Shown in pieces: positions 8,187 through 19,133 of a stretch of 64,000 nucleotides of DNA. Source of the stretch: a virus. The translations under genes were made by a program, and so were the position numbers. Within the stretch, counting starts at the first letter, position 1, and each line of letters starts with the position of its first letter. The notes under the pieces were generated by a model that was not told the origin of the DNA, did no database searches, and saw only the letters and a program-made list of their open reading frames with translations. Location of the stretch: the UHGV virus genome UHGV-1579991. One strand, written 5' to 3'.

Positions 8187-10115
8187 TTATCGAACATGCC
8201 AAAGAGTGTTCGACTTCACATTTACAGAGCTCTTAAAGTTATTATGACTGCACAACCAAACATGTGACTTATCAAGTTCTACATAAGCATCTGACTTTAA
8301 GAATGCTTCAGAAGATTTGCTTGTCTGTTGCTTTGTCATTGATGCATCACCTACAAGCATTGCAGTCGAACCTTTGTACACTTGTTGTGCATCATCTGCA
8401 ATCAACGTAGCTTCAAATGGCTGTTGCTGCATAAGCAATGCAAGCGTAGACCTACATGCATCTTTGTCTACTCGTATATGTGTGATTTTGCCAGCAAAAC
8501 CATACAGCTGAACAATGTCTGAGTCATTTGACCAGTCATGCAAAATTGATGTAGACTTAACAACTTCTGTCAAGATTTGCATGTCATTGACTGCGGTCGA
8601 TGTTGACAAACTCAGTACAAGTTCAACGTCACCATTGTTAAGATTGCGTTGTCTAATGACTACGCCGTTCCAGCTCTTGCAAATCTTATCATCTACGCTT
8701 GCTAAGCTTTCGCCAGTTTTGACATCAAGCACATGTAACAAGCCAGATGACACTATAAGCATCAATCTGCCAAGTCGCATCAGTTGCCATGATGCTGCTT
8801 GAGCTTTTGCATTGTCTTCAAGCATAAACAAGCAACATGCAGACCAATCTGACACATCAAGTGATTTGACATACTCAACTGCGATGTCATTGCCAACAGC
8901 ATTCATATCATAAAACGCACCAGACACTGGCACATATTTGAATGACAGCGGTGATTCATTTACACTGACCGCTTTATGAACAAATCTGCGATTTGTCTCA
9001 TACATACTCAAGTCAACATGAGTATCATTAACAAACATATTGAGAGCGATGTCTTCAACTTGTTCGGTCGCAATTTTGTCTGCATCAAAAGCATCGAATG
9101 TTTTTGTGAGCTCGTCCAAATTAAGCATCTCTTTTACATCATCAGCAACTTGCATCTTAGACTCGTCACGATATTCAGGTCGATGCTCATATGACTTCAA
9201 TGTCAGCTCATAATATGGTGTCGATAACATAATGCCATCTGGATGCTGCACAGATGCGACTTCAAGCATTCGATTTGCTATTGGCACATAGCAATAATCG
9301 AATTGCTGTGGTTGTTTGCCAATGCCAAACACTCGTTCATATTCTGCTTTTGGCACATGAGCCGTTATACCTTGTTCAAAGTCAATGTCAAATGTGTCAT
9401 ATGTGACTTTGTTCGTGCTAAATTCATTGTCAACAACCATCAGCTTCAGCCACTTAACTGCACCAGTATGAATCAAGTCATATGCACGTAATGATGCTAC
9501 ACGATGCTCATCTGACACTTCATGGCTGAACCAGATAACAACATGACCAAGCTGACGATTCACAGCATTTACAATGTTGTCTTGCAATGCTATAGCATCT
9601 TGCATGTGCGTGTATGGATTGTACAAATGATTGTCTGACTCAATGACAATTGACGCATGTTTTGCTGGTGCAAAAATCTCGTCAGCATATGTGACATTGT
9701 CAACAGACTCTTCATTGACTTTGATGTCTTCAAGCACATATGAGTCATGACGAACATTTGCTGCATCTGTCCATTGCTTGCGCCATGCAACATCAACAAT
9801 CATAATGAACTTAACATGTACAGGCTCATCTGCAGTTGCATATGCAAGCACGAATTCATTCAAATGTGTTGCAGCATCGTACACAGAACCAGGTTCAGAC
9901 CATGTCTTGCCAGCATCTACAGACCATTTGAACTGCACATTGAGCATTGCACGACATTGCTCAGCATTATCAACAAGCTCAATATTATTCAATGAGCCTT
10001 TGATATCTGCAGCAAATTCAAGATACAGTGTAGAATCTTGTCTTACGATGATGCAATCGTCATCAGCCTTTTGTGACACTGACTGCTTTGTTGATTCGTT
10101 TGATGACTTTGCCAT
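8187..10115 (-). CDS. hypothetical protein, 642 aa (structural block)
   Basis: Long ORF co-directional with its neighbours; no motif recognised. Confidence 0.7.
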   Translation of the reverse strand: MAKSSNESTKQSVSQKADDDCIIVRQDSTLYLEFAADIKGSLNNIELVDNAEQCRAMLNVQFKWSVDAGKTWSEPGSVYDAATHLNEFVLAYATADEPVHVKFIMIVDVAWRKQWTDAANVRHDSYVLEDIKVNEESVDNVTYADEIFAPAKHASIVIESDNHLYNPYTHMQDAIALQDNIVNAVNRQLGHVVIWFSHEVSDEHRVASLRAYDLIHTGAVKWLKLMVVDNEFSTNKVTYDTFDIDFEQGITAHVPKAEYERVFGIGKQPQQFDYCYVPIANRMLEVASVQHPDGIMLSTPYYELTLKSYEHRPEYRDESKMQVADDVKEMLNLDELTKTFDAFDADKIATEQVEDIALNMFVNDTHVDLSMYETNRRFVHKAVSVNESPLSFKYVPVSGAFYDMNAVGNDIAVEYVKSLDVSDWSACCLFMLEDNAKAQAASWQLMRLGRLMLIVSSGLLHVLDVKTGESLASVDDKICKSWNGVVIRQRNLNNGDVELVLSLSTSTAVNDMQILTEVVKSTSILHDWSNDSDIVQLYGFAGKITHIRVDKDACRSTLALLMQQQPFEATLIADDAQQVYKGSTAMLVGDASMTKQQTSKSSEAFLKSDAYVELDKSHVWLCSHNNFKSSVNVKSNTLWHVR

Positions 10116-11613
10116 TGCGAGGATTTATAATTGCAAGTTCAATATCATAGTCGCCGATATGACGAAAATGATGTCTAAAAAGATATTTGTCAGATGTAGC
10201 TTCAATGACTCCACCAGATATTGCATTGCGATATGTGCATGTCCATTTGATGTCATGCGGAGCATAAGCATATGACAGCTCATCTGGGAAGCAGCACACT
10301 TGACTCCCAACTGTCACAGTTGCGCCATTGTCAATCTTGCAGAACCTTGTGTCATTTGGTCTACGTTGCACTGCATAGTGATGCTGACATTCAAACATGT
10401 CTGATTTGATTGACAAAGTTTGCCAAGGTGATTCAACAAGATACCGAGGTTTTTGAGACTCTTCACTTACAAGTTTACAATGCAGCCCAAGATTTTTAAG
10501 CTCTTCAACAAGTTGAGTGTTTGCAATGTGTAGGGTGTAGTGTTTGTCATTTGTGTGTATTTCCACATCATACTCAGTAGTGTCAACGACATCTGCAATG
10601 ATTGTCGCAGGCCAGTTGCCAGTCAGCTCAAAATCATCAAATGCAAAATGCAAGTCGGTGTTAACATGCAATTGTGCTCTGCTCATAGGCTCTTTGCTGT
10701 ACGCATACAATGCCCATTGCATTGAATTGTCAAGCATCTGAATTTCTTGCACAGACCATGTAAACTTTGCAAATTGTGAATCTGCATGCAATTCACAGTA
10801 GTCATTGATTTGCTTAAGCAAGTCTTTAACATCTGCATATGCAATGTTGACTTCATCTGCGTCAACTTGAACGCCATCGACATCGACAAACTCAGACATC
10901 GACATTGCAAATGTGCCAGCATCTTCAATATCAATTTGCATGTTCAGATATGTTGAGCCGTACTGCAACAATCGCATGCAATCAGAATCAATAAGTTTGA
11001 TGTCATTCAAATGGTCAAGCCATAGAACATTTGATTGCACCTTGTCAAGATTGTAGAGCCATTTTATGATTGAGTCGTCTTTTTTGACATTTTCTGGGTC
11101 AAATACGTTAGGGTCTGGGTAGCTCATGAAATCTGGCACACCCAATGCTTTGCGTGTGCTATAGTACAATGTAGCATTGTTCATGCCTGCAATGTCAATT
11201 GACTCATCAGGCTCTTGAAGCTTTGCAGCAATTTGAGACAATGAATTGCCAGCATATGACTGCTCAAGTGAATGTAGTTTGTTGTCTGCAATAGCAATGA
11301 CGAAGTTTGCTTGCAATTCTACGATGTTCAGTGTGCGTTTGAACACTTGCACTTGACCATAGCAATCTTTGAGAGTCAACACAAGTTCATATGCACCTGC
11401 AGTTGTTATGCCAAGCTTAAGATGCTGTTGAACATCAAGATACGTTCTGTCAAACACAAGCTTGCCAGATTCATCATAGATTTCATATGTAGCTTCTCTG
11501 CAATTTTGTATAAGCGCAGATAAGTCTGCGTCTTTTGATGACCATGCTGCAATTGAAATGTCTATAATTGCTACATTGTCTCTATAAAAAAGCCCTATAG
11601 GTTGTGGATTCAT
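10063..11613 (-). CDS. hypothetical protein, 516 aa (structural block)
   Basis: Long ORF; its 3' end overlaps the next gene's start by about 50 nt. Confidence 0.7.
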   Translation of the reverse strand: MNPQPIGLFYRDNVAIIDISIAAWSSKDADLSALIQNCREATYEIYDESGKLVFDRTYLDVQQHLKLGITTAGAYELVLTLKDCYGQVQVFKRTLNIVELQANFVIAIADNKLHSLEQSYAGNSLSQIAAKLQEPDESIDIAGMNNATLYYSTRKALGVPDFMSYPDPNVFDPENVKKDDSIIKWLYNLDKVQSNVLWLDHLNDIKLIDSDCMRLLQYGSTYLNMQIDIEDAGTFAMSMSEFVDVDGVQVDADEVNIAYADVKDLLKQINDYCELHADSQFAKFTWSVQEIQMLDNSMQWALYAYSKEPMSRAQLHVNTDLHFAFDDFELTGNWPATIIADVVDTTEYDVEIHTNDKHYTLHIANTQLVEELKNLGLHCKLVSEESQKPRYLVESPWQTLSIKSDMFECQHHYAVQRRPNDTRFCKIDNGATVTVGSQVCCFPDELSYAYAPHDIKWTCTYRNAISGGVIEATSDKYLFRHHFRHIGDYDIELAIINPRNGKVIKRINKAVSVTKG

Positions 11614-11624
11614 TGTATTGCAGT

Positions 11625-12074
11625 CTATTGATGATTGTTGTTATCACACTTGTTGAGCAACTGGTCATAGTACGTTTGCTCTGTCTTACGTTGCTGCTCT
11701 ATCAAAATAATGATTTGTTCCATTTGAATTTCAAATGCAGTGTTTTTGCGAACAAGTGCTTTATGTTGCTCAGTAGTTAATGCTGCGTCAAGAATGTCCA
11801 ACATATCTGCATGATATGCAGCAATAATTTTGTTGTATTGCTGCATAGCAGTTTGCAAAGATTCAAATGACTGGTCAGATAGTGTTGACAAAATCTGGAC
11901 ATGCATTTTGTCAGTCAAGTCAATTTTTGCTTGCAACAAATCACGTTCTGCTGAATGCTTTCTGTCAATGTTGATGATAAACATCATCAAAATCATCAAT
12001 ACAAAAGCTATAACAGTCTTGTAGTTCTTGTCATCAATGAATCGCAGCAAAAATATGTCTAAAAACTTTTCCAT
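11625..12074 (-). CDS. hypothetical membrane-anchored coiled-coil protein, 149 aa
   Basis: Hydrophobic segment VIAFVLMILMMFIINI followed by a Q/E/K-rich helix-like region. Confidence 0.55.
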   Translation of the reverse strand: MEKFLDIFLLRFIDDKNYKTVIAFVLMILMMFIINIDRKHSAERDLLQAKIDLTDKMHVQILSTLSDQSFESLQTAMQQYNKIIAAYHADMLDILDAALTTEQHKALVRKNTAFEIQMEQIIILIEQQRKTEQTYYDQLLNKCDNNNHQ

Positions 12075-12077
12075 TGC

Positions 12078-13427
12078 TCATTCTGCGATTTCCCAGATTC
12101 GTGTTCGTTTGTTTGCTATGCTTCGTACTATAGCATTGTCACCTATGCGAACATCCCATGCTCGATTTGATGTCAATGTGATATTCTTTGTGCCACCAGG
12201 CTGTTCAAATGACAAGTTTGCTTTGTCAAGTTCAAGCAATGGGGCCAAGTCCATGCTTTGGTCAATAAGCCAATCAAAGTACTCAGCGTCAATTTGCGAC
12301 GTGTCAATGTCTGCTTCAGTGACTACAAAAATGTCATTAAGCTTGTTTGGTCTAACAGTGTCACCAATTGGCTCAAATGCAGTGCTTGGCAGAAGCATTG
12401 TATGTGGACGAATGTAAATGATGTCTTCATCTACAAATGCATTCATATCTTTGACGACAATTTGTGCTGCAGGAGTGTATGGCTTTGACGTTACAATTTC
12501 TGCATTGTCTAAGCCATACAAGTATCGAGCCGTGTATGATGCAAAAACATCAATGCTGACATCTGCAAAATGAATGTGCTCTGGCAAAAATACATCTTCA
12601 AGAATCATGACAAGATACTGCAGCTTCAGCAACAAATCTTGATTGTCTGCCATGTTCTTGACAAATTCAGGCATGCCACAGTTCAGATATTTGCCAGATG
12701 CTTCATTGTATTCATAAGTCAGTTGCAGCAAATTTGTGCGCTTATACATGCCTGCGTATGGTGAAATGTCATCTTGCAATGGCAGCAATGTTCTGTTGTT
12801 GCCATCAAGTGATTTGAGCACTTCATAGATGCGAACAGCTTCACTGTAGCCAAGCCAGTCTAATGCAGCATGCAACCCATTGTATGTGCCAAGCTTGCTG
12901 TCAATATCATCTCGTCGTATAAGCCACTCTCTTGCTTTGCTATTCTGCAATATGAAGTCAACGACATCTTGTCGAATGTCATTCAGCATCAATGCTTTGT
13001 TGTAGTACTCAAGATAGTCATGACCCATATTAGACATCATGACAAGCAAGCGTTCATCTGCGTCAACGACTGTAGCAGTCACATTGACATGCAATGCAAT
13101 GCCATCAACGACAACTTCAATTGCACAAACGTTATTGCCAACATCAACAGCATTGAATATGATGTTTGCAATCATGTCATCGTTGACAAGATGTCGAGTG
13201 GTCTTATCTACAAGCAGCAATTCATTGTTATCGTCAACCATAAAGAAACTCAATGCAGACGATAGCAATCTGACTGTGCATTCAACATTGTCTGAAAACA
13301 ATGATGCAATGTTATATGTGCCCTTTGACACATTGCCAAGCTCTATGTTAGCACCGTCATAGATGCGCTTGCCGAATCTGTCAAAAATGTTTATTGCAGC
13401 CATGTTACAGTTTCTTATCAATGTCAA
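12078..13427 (-). CDS. hypothetical protein, 449 aa
   Basis: Long ORF; no motif recognised. Confidence 0.7.
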   Translation of the reverse strand: MTLIRNCNMAAINIFDRFGKRIYDGANIELGNVSKGTYNIASLFSDNVECTVRLLSSALSFFMVDDNNELLLVDKTTRHLVNDDMIANIIFNAVDVGNNVCAIEVVVDGIALHVNVTATVVDADERLLVMMSNMGHDYLEYYNKALMLNDIRQDVVDFILQNSKAREWLIRRDDIDSKLGTYNGLHAALDWLGYSEAVRIYEVLKSLDGNNRTLLPLQDDISPYAGMYKRTNLLQLTYEYNEASGKYLNCGMPEFVKNMADNQDLLLKLQYLVMILEDVFLPEHIHFADVSIDVFASYTARYLYGLDNAEIVTSKPYTPAAQIVVKDMNAFVDEDIIYIRPHTMLLPSTAFEPIGDTVRPNKLNDIFVVTEADIDTSQIDAEYFDWLIDQSMDLAPLLELDKANLSFEQPGGTKNITLTSNRAWDVRIGDNAIVRSIANKRTRIWEIAE

Positions 13428-13666
13428 AGTTTCTTGTCAATATCAAAATATGACGTAAAGCGATTCACAAATTCAACAAACAAAATCGACAATGCATCAC
13501 ACATACCAATGAGAGTTGATACGCCAAAATACGCTGCAACTCTTGTGCTCTTATTGAACACTACTCTACTATATACACCACTCTGCCATGATGGCTTTGC
13601 GGTGACAAGCATTGATTGCTTGATTTTGTCTCTTGTTGTGAAATTCGATTGCATATTTGTGAATCA

Positions 13667-15277
13667 TCAACATTCTACATACGAGCCATCAGTGTTTTCA
13701 ACAAGCACTTTGATGCTCAAGCCCACATCTGTGCCTTGCTGACTTCTTATCAATGGCACAATGTTTTTTGATCGTGGTGCAATGTTGCCCATATTGTCAA
13801 TGTGCACGTCATTGCCAATGAACTGCACATCTACTGATTTGATGACATCAAGCTCTTCAAGTTTTGCGATTGCAGCAGAACGACTAACGAATGTCGATGC
13901 ATTTGACCATGAGTCTTCTACAAATGCTTTTGCAGCATCAAGTAATTGTTGCTTGACGTCTTCTATATTTTGCAGTACTGCAGTCTTTTTGACAAGAATG
14001 AGCATCTGATAAAATTCAAGTTGCACAGTGTCAAATTGCACATCAGTTAGCAGCACATAGTCACCAGTGTTTTCAATAGCATTGTTCAGATATTGTCTAT
14101 CTATAGAGTCAATCGTAAATTCTGCTATTGGCAATGACCAGTAGTCATACACTATTGAGCCCGCTTTGACATACTTGTCTGCAATGTTAGGCACCAACAC
14201 GACATGAATTGTCTGAGTCTCTGTATTTGACCAGACATCAAGTATCTTGTACTGACCAAAACGTGACATGAATGCTCTGATTGAATCTGCTGAGTGCAAC
14301 ACAAGTGCCCTGTTAATTGAGCCTGCATGTGAACGTATAGATTCGATGTCTTCACCATTGTAACCACCTACAATGTCTGTCAGCTGTTCAATGACTAATA
14401 CACCCTTTGGACTTACTGCAGTAGTGTTTGCATCATACATACCATTGACCCATTCAAATGTTGCATCATTGTCAATCAAAATGTTTCCTGCATAGCCCTC
14501 ACATGCAGTGTATTCTACATTGACGACTGCATTTTGTGCAGGAATTTGACCAGCAGTGCCATTGCCAAACACAATCTGTAGTTTGCCATCATATGACCAG
14601 CGTTCAATGTATCCCTTGCTGTATCGGTCCATTTCATCAAACCCTGCATAGCGAGTCCACAGTTCATTACCAACTGTGACAGTCAATGAATCTTCAGATA
14701 CAATCAAGTTGCGTTCTTCGATAGTGAATGTTGTCATTGACTCACCATCAGAAATATATTGCTGAGACTTGCGTTCACCTTGTCTGACTGCGAATTCATA
14801 TCGTACACCTGTCAACTCATTGTTGATGTTGAGTTGCGCAAAGTCTTGATGTATATCGATGTAGTACATCAATGAGTTCTCTTTGCATTTAATTGCTGCG
14901 TATCGTTTAATGAACACAGTTGGACCAAGCTCTTTGACTGCGTCATATGAAAAACTCAATGCAATTTTGCCTGATGCTGCAATGCCACCAACGCATTTGT
15001 AACATGCAAGCTGCGCAAGGCCTCGTACAGATGCAGTTTGTTCTGCAGTAAGCAAGTTGTTTTCTTTTGTGCCTACTACAATTTGCGTAAAGATGAGTGA
15101 CGCAAGTTCTCTGAAACTCTGAACAAGAATTCCAAAAATTGTGTACTTACCATATTGTTTCTTTGTAGAGTTCAGCAAATTCTGCAGCCAAGTATCTATA
15201 GACTGTGACACACCTGAATATGACATTTGCATTTTCTGCATCCATGTCATATTGTCACGAGTGTTATTTGTGCGCAT
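13667..15277 (-). CDS. hypothetical protein, about 537 aa; start trimmed
   Basis: Track ORF 13667-15400 reads through the terminator hairpin and tandem repeats; start moved to the first ATG after the repeats (15277). Start is uncertain. Confidence 0.65.
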   Translation of the reverse strand: MRTNNTRDNMTWMQKMQMSYSGVSQSIDTWLQNLLNSTKKQYGKYTIFGILVQSFRELASLIFTQIVVGTKENNLLTAEQTASVRGLAQLACYKCVGGIAASGKIALSFSYDAVKELGPTVFIKRYAAIKCKENSLMYYIDIHQDFAQLNINNELTGVRYEFAVRQGERKSQQYISDGESMTTFTIEERNLIVSEDSLTVTVGNELWTRYAGFDEMDRYSKGYIERWSYDGKLQIVFGNGTAGQIPAQNAVVNVEYTACEGYAGNILIDNDATFEWVNGMYDANTTAVSPKGVLVIEQLTDIVGGYNGEDIESIRSHAGSINRALVLHSADSIRAFMSRFGQYKILDVWSNTETQTIHVVLVPNIADKYVKAGSIVYDYWSLPIAEFTIDSIDRQYLNNAIENTGDYVLLTDVQFDTVQLEFYQMLILVKKTAVLQNIEDVKQQLLDAAKAFVEDSWSNASTFVSRSAAIAKLEELDVIKSVDVQFIGNDVHIDNMGNIAPRSKNIVPLIRSQQGTDVGLSIKVLVENTDGSYVEC

Positions 15278-15304
15278 ATCAGTTAATTTGTTTGTATATG
15301 TATT

Positions 15305-15377
15305 CGAATGTGCACACATGAGAATAGGTCTCTTCGAATGTGCACATATGAGAATAGTCTCTTCGAATATGCGCACA
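15305..15377. repeat. tandem direct repeat, about 30-bp unit x 2.5 (cgaatgtgcacacatgagaataggtctctt)
   Basis: Read directly from the sequence; lies between a terminator hairpin and the next gene start. Confidence 0.7.
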
Positions 15378-15381
15378 AAAA

Positions 15382-15407
15382 GAAGAGCTTGCATATGCAA
15401 GCTCTTC
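15382..15407 (-). terminator. perfect palindromic hairpin (gaagagcttgcat/atgcaagctcttc) downstream of the gene ending at 15450
   Basis: About 12-bp stem; T-run follows on the minus strand. Confidence 0.55.
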
Positions 15408-15449
15408 CATCACCAAAACCTATCTAATTATGGAAACACCTCTGAAAGG

Positions 15450-15860
15450 TCAAATTATGAATCGTTTTGTGATTGGCCTGAAGTCTTCTGGCAAATCATA
15501 ACGTTTTGTGATTGTTACATCGCAAACAAGCAAATCGTTCATTTGTGTAGCAGATTTTGTAATGAAACAGTTGACAGACCATTCAAACAAATGCTGCGTA
15601 ACGCTATAGTTTTTGAGTGCTGTGATGATATGCGACTGAATTGTTGCTGTCGAAATGCTTCTGTGATAAAGTGCAGCGTCAATCTTCTCGACATCAAACA
15701 TAATGTCAATTTCATTCAAAAAGACACGCAATGAATCTGTTGTTTGCAATTCGTCGTCTTCTTGAGTTTCTACAAAGTCAATGCCTTGCAGCTCTTGTGA
15801 CATTTGTGATGTATCGAAACGATTATCTGGCATGATATATTTATGCTGTTTGTTGAACAT
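15450..15860 (-). CDS. hypothetical protein, 136 aa
   Basis: ORF in the co-directional array. Confidence 0.55.
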   Translation of the reverse strand: MFNKQHKYIMPDNRFDTSQMSQELQGIDFVETQEDDELQTTDSLRVFLNEIDIMFDVEKIDAALYHRSISTATIQSHIITALKNYSVTQHLFEWSVNCFITKSATQMNDLLVCDVTITKRYDLPEDFRPITKRFII

Positions 15861-17151
15861 TGACAGTCACAAGCACCTGTTTACCAGGTTCTTGTGATTT
15901 CATTTGACGTGACACTTCAATGAATGCATCAAGCAATTGCGCAGGTGAAACAGTCATGCCTTGTTCCATAAGCTGCTTGCGCAACGCTGCAATTTGCTGA
16001 CTTGCATTTTGGTCATTGCCAATTGACAACATTAGTGAATCAAGTCGACGTCCAAGTTCTGCAACTTTAAGCTGAATTGACTGCAATTGTGATGCTGAAT
16101 CTGCAAGTTGACTGATGGCTTGCATGTACAAATCAAGCGATACGCCATCAATATTCGATACTTCAATGGGCGCAAGCCCAACATTGCATGAGCTTACTCG
16201 AGTGCAAATGCGAAATGCAATTGCGTTTGCAGAGCCGTCATCAGACATTGCTTTCTTAACAAAGCGTTGCATGCTATAACCTCTGCCACCTGATTCTTCA
16301 TATCGATTGACAAAGAACAATGAATGCAAGCATCGTGTTTTGACAGATGGATTTGACTGCAGCCAAACATCGCAATACAATGCAATGCAATTGAATTCAA
16401 TGTCTTCGTTGAATGTTTCATAATCTGAGAACTGCAGCTTCAATCTGTCAACTGCACGACTCAGACTGTATCGACTTGCAGGTTCTACAATATCTGCATT
16501 GTCATAGATAGCTTTTGTGAATGTTGTGTCGCCATCTTCAAGACCCTGAGCATTTTCTTGAAATGCTTCTGGCACATAGCCAACTTCAATGCCTGGATAT
16601 GTTGCAGCAGTCCACTTTGCATTGCATCGCTTTGCATTTGCAGGTATGTACAGATACTGTTCTGTGTATGACATGCCATTAAGCTCAACTACACCAAAAT
16701 CTATCGCATTGCCAATGTATGTGACAAGCGGCTGCCAATCTGAACGTTGCACGAATGCTGCGCCATCTGCAGTAGACTCAAGTTCAAGAGCAGAAGCTTT
16801 TTGAAACATCTTCCACAACGCAGATTCTGCAAATGTTTCATTAGCAGACTCAAGCAATGAAGTTGCAAGCAATGAGCAGTTGTCGAGGTAGTTTTGACAC
16901 AATGCTGGCACAAGAGCATTTGCATCTTCGACCATCGTAGTGTCATTGAACTCTGATGGATGCACAAAGAACTTTTGCCCATTATGCTCAGCATCATTGT
17001 ACCAGTCTGGAATGTTCAAACAAGCAAACACAGATGGTGATATGACAATGTCATGATTCAATGTTGCATTTGTCAACAATGTATTTGTGTCAGTGAACAC
17101 AAGTACAGTGCCTTGTGTTAACTTTAATGGGTCGAAAATGGAAACTCTCAT
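15841..17151 (-). CDS. hypothetical protein, 436 aa
   Basis: Long ORF; no motif recognised. Confidence 0.7.
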   Translation of the reverse strand: MRVSIFDPLKLTQGTVLVFTDTNTLLTNATLNHDIVISPSVFACLNIPDWYNDAEHNGQKFFVHPSEFNDTTMVEDANALVPALCQNYLDNCSLLATSLLESANETFAESALWKMFQKASALELESTADGAAFVQRSDWQPLVTYIGNAIDFGVVELNGMSYTEQYLYIPANAKRCNAKWTAATYPGIEVGYVPEAFQENAQGLEDGDTTFTKAIYDNADIVEPASRYSLSRAVDRLKLQFSDYETFNEDIEFNCIALYCDVWLQSNPSVKTRCLHSLFFVNRYEESGGRGYSMQRFVKKAMSDDGSANAIAFRICTRVSSCNVGLAPIEVSNIDGVSLDLYMQAISQLADSASQLQSIQLKVAELGRRLDSLMLSIGNDQNASQQIAALRKQLMEQGMTVSPAQLLDAFIEVSRQMKSQEPGKQVLVTVNVQQTA

Positions 17152-17153
17152 TG

Positions 17154-17588
17154 TTATGAAATTGTCAATCGATGTTCTGCATCAGTTTGCTCACTACTGA
17201 ATGTCACTGTTACTGAGTGCTCAGTGTCATTGAAACTTGCAATGCACTCATGCTCAATGCCAGCGATTCGCAAATGCACATCAGCAAAAGTCTTGTCAAT
17301 TGTTGATTTGATGACATACGCATATTGCGGTACATGTGATTCAAGTCGAGTAACAGTCACATATTGATTGTATACTTGCTCTTCACTATTTACAAGCTCA
17401 GTCAATGTTGGCTTTACTACACTGACATGTGCAAACTGCAATGCTTTAAGTACTGCTTTGCTTCTTGAATCTACTTGTTGCTGATTTGACACCAGCAGTT
17501 TGATTGCAGAGTATGGTGTCTCTACATTAGCATCAATAGTATTGAGTGCAATAGGCTTTACAGTAGCCAAAAATTCTGCAAGTGTCAT
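17154..17588 (-). CDS. hypothetical protein, 144 aa
   Basis: ORF tightly packed with its neighbours. Confidence 0.55.
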   Translation of the reverse strand: MTLAEFLATVKPIALNTIDANVETPYSAIKLLVSNQQQVDSRSKAVLKALQFAHVSVVKPTLTELVNSEEQVYNQYVTVTRLESHVPQYAYVIKSTIDKTFADVHLRIAGIEHECIASFNDTEHSVTVTFSSEQTDAEHRLTIS

Positions 17589-17589
17589 A

Positions 17590-18090
17590 TTATGAAAGCT
17601 GAGCCGTAGTGTACCAAGTTAAGTCAGATTCATTGTACGTCAATGCAATTGTAAGAGCTTGACCAAGTTGCTGTGACAATTGCTTACATGAATCAATGAA
17701 TGCTTGCATATCTGCATATGACTTTGTGTAGAACATGCACCATTCTGTTGTATTGACTGCGACATTATGAACATCTGCAAGATGACAGACTTCTACAGAT
17801 GATACATTAAAGTCTGAGCCATCTTCATCAACATGATGCACATTGTTTGCGCACCAATATTGATACAGACGAGCTTTGTCTGATGCAGTCATGTCAAACT
17901 GCATGCGTTGAGCAATTGATTCATCGATGTTATTAATGAATTGCTTTGCTGATTTTGACTCAAGCATCGCATGATGCAGTGTATGATTTGCATGCCAGTC
18001 TGGAGTGCCGATTGCTACGCTAAGCTGATTTTCAAACACAAACTGCTGTGCTTGAGCTTCTTCGTAGCATTGTGTCCATGTCTTTGTCAT
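17590..18090 (-). CDS. hypothetical protein, about 166 aa; start trimmed
   Basis: Track ORF ran into the sigma gene; start moved to ATG 18090 (MTKTWTQCYEEAQ...). Confidence 0.55.
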   Translation of the reverse strand: MTKTWTQCYEEAQAQQFVFENQLSVAIGTPDWHANHTLHHAMLESKSAKQFINNIDESIAQRMQFDMTASDKARLYQYWCANNVHHVDEDGSDFNVSSVEVCHLADVHNVAVNTTEWCMFYTKSYADMQAFIDSCKQLSQQLGQALTIALTYNESDLTWYTTAQLS

Positions 18091-18208
18091 GTTGTTTATC
18101 TTAAGTTTGTATATGTACAAATAATGTTGATGTTGTATTGAAGCATCGCAAAATAAGGCCAGACTACTCGGTTGAGCTTGCCTGACCTTTTCAAATGCAT
18201 TTTGCTTA

Positions 18209-19105
18209 TTACAGTGTTCCGCAAAGCAATTCACGTAAATCCATGCCAGCTTGTGTACTATACTGAGCAATAAGATTACGTTCTGAATCAGACATGCTCC
18301 AATAAATCTTATGCTGAGCTCTACGAATAATAGTATGAATGCCAGATGTGCTACAATTGAACTTCTTTGCAAGTTCTGCATGAGTTAGCAAATCAGCATC
18401 ACCAAGGCCATACACATGTGTGAGTACAAGCTTTTCATTTTGAGTGAGTTGTTCAAATGCTCTTTGCAGAATCTTTGTGTTGCGTTTGTGAGCATCCTCG
18501 ATTTCAAGAACTTCTTGGCCTGTTTTGAAGTCTGACCTCAAATCATTCTGAACTGGTGACCATGCATCACCATCTTTGTCAAGTGTAGTGTCATCCTTGC
18601 TGGTGAATTGTTTGCCTTCAAGAGCTCTTTCATATGCTCCACGAATGCCAGTAGATAATTGTTGACTTGTCAAATTGAGTTCATCAAGTACATATTTCTT
18701 AATCCAAGGATATGCATATGTGCTAAACTTTGCTTCACGAACTCCTGCAGGCAATACGCCTTCTACATAATTCTTGGCTGCTATTGACAATCCAAGATTG
18801 CCTGCTTGAATGACATCATCCAGCGGAACTGAGCGTTTGCCAGATGCGAACCATAAGCTTCGTGCAACTGATATGACCAGTCTTAAGCAAGATTTGATAA
18901 GAGCTTCACGATTTTCTTGAGTCTTCTTGAATCGAGTAACATCACAATATCGCTTTGCAGTAGCCAGCGATTTGACTTCTTCAGGAGTAAGCTCATTCTC
19001 CATCCTCATTTGCTTGAGCTCCTCCTTTGTGTATAGACGTTCTCTTGTTATTCTACCTACGTCCTTTACGTAGCCTTGATTGATTTGTGAATTTGAACCT
19101 GCCAT
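18209..19105 (-). CDS. sigma-70 family RNA polymerase sigma factor, 298 aa
   Basis: Region-2-like FSTYAYPWIKKYV and region-4-like HTH (LTHAELAKKFNCSTSGIHTIIRRAQHKI). Confidence 0.65.
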   Translation of the reverse strand: MAGSNSQINQGYVKDVGRITRERLYTKEELKQMRMENELTPEEVKSLATAKRYCDVTRFKKTQENREALIKSCLRLVISVARSLWFASGKRSVPLDDVIQAGNLGLSIAAKNYVEGVLPAGVREAKFSTYAYPWIKKYVLDELNLTSQQLSTGIRGAYERALEGKQFTSKDDTTLDKDGDAWSPVQNDLRSDFKTGQEVLEIEDAHKRNTKILQRAFEQLTQNEKLVLTHVYGLGDADLLTHAELAKKFNCSTSGIHTIIRRAQHKIYWSMSDSERNLIAQYSTQAGMDLRELLCGTL

Positions 19106-19133
19106 GGTTGTGTAACTTATTTAGTTTTAATTT

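Noticed and set aside
3868-8267. Many plus-strand and alternative-frame ORFs (for example 5856-6584, 4569-5009, 7797-8267) inside the 1442-aa gene
   Set aside because: They are antisense or off-frame read-throughs of a low-complexity Thr/Ser/Ala/Val-rich coding region, give repetitive V/A/P-rich translations, and have no independent gene context.
15278-15400. N-terminal extension of the 13667 gene through the terminator and 30-bp repeats
   Set aside because: The track ORF begins inside the terminator palindrome and translates the tandem repeats; an internal ATG downstream is more plausible.
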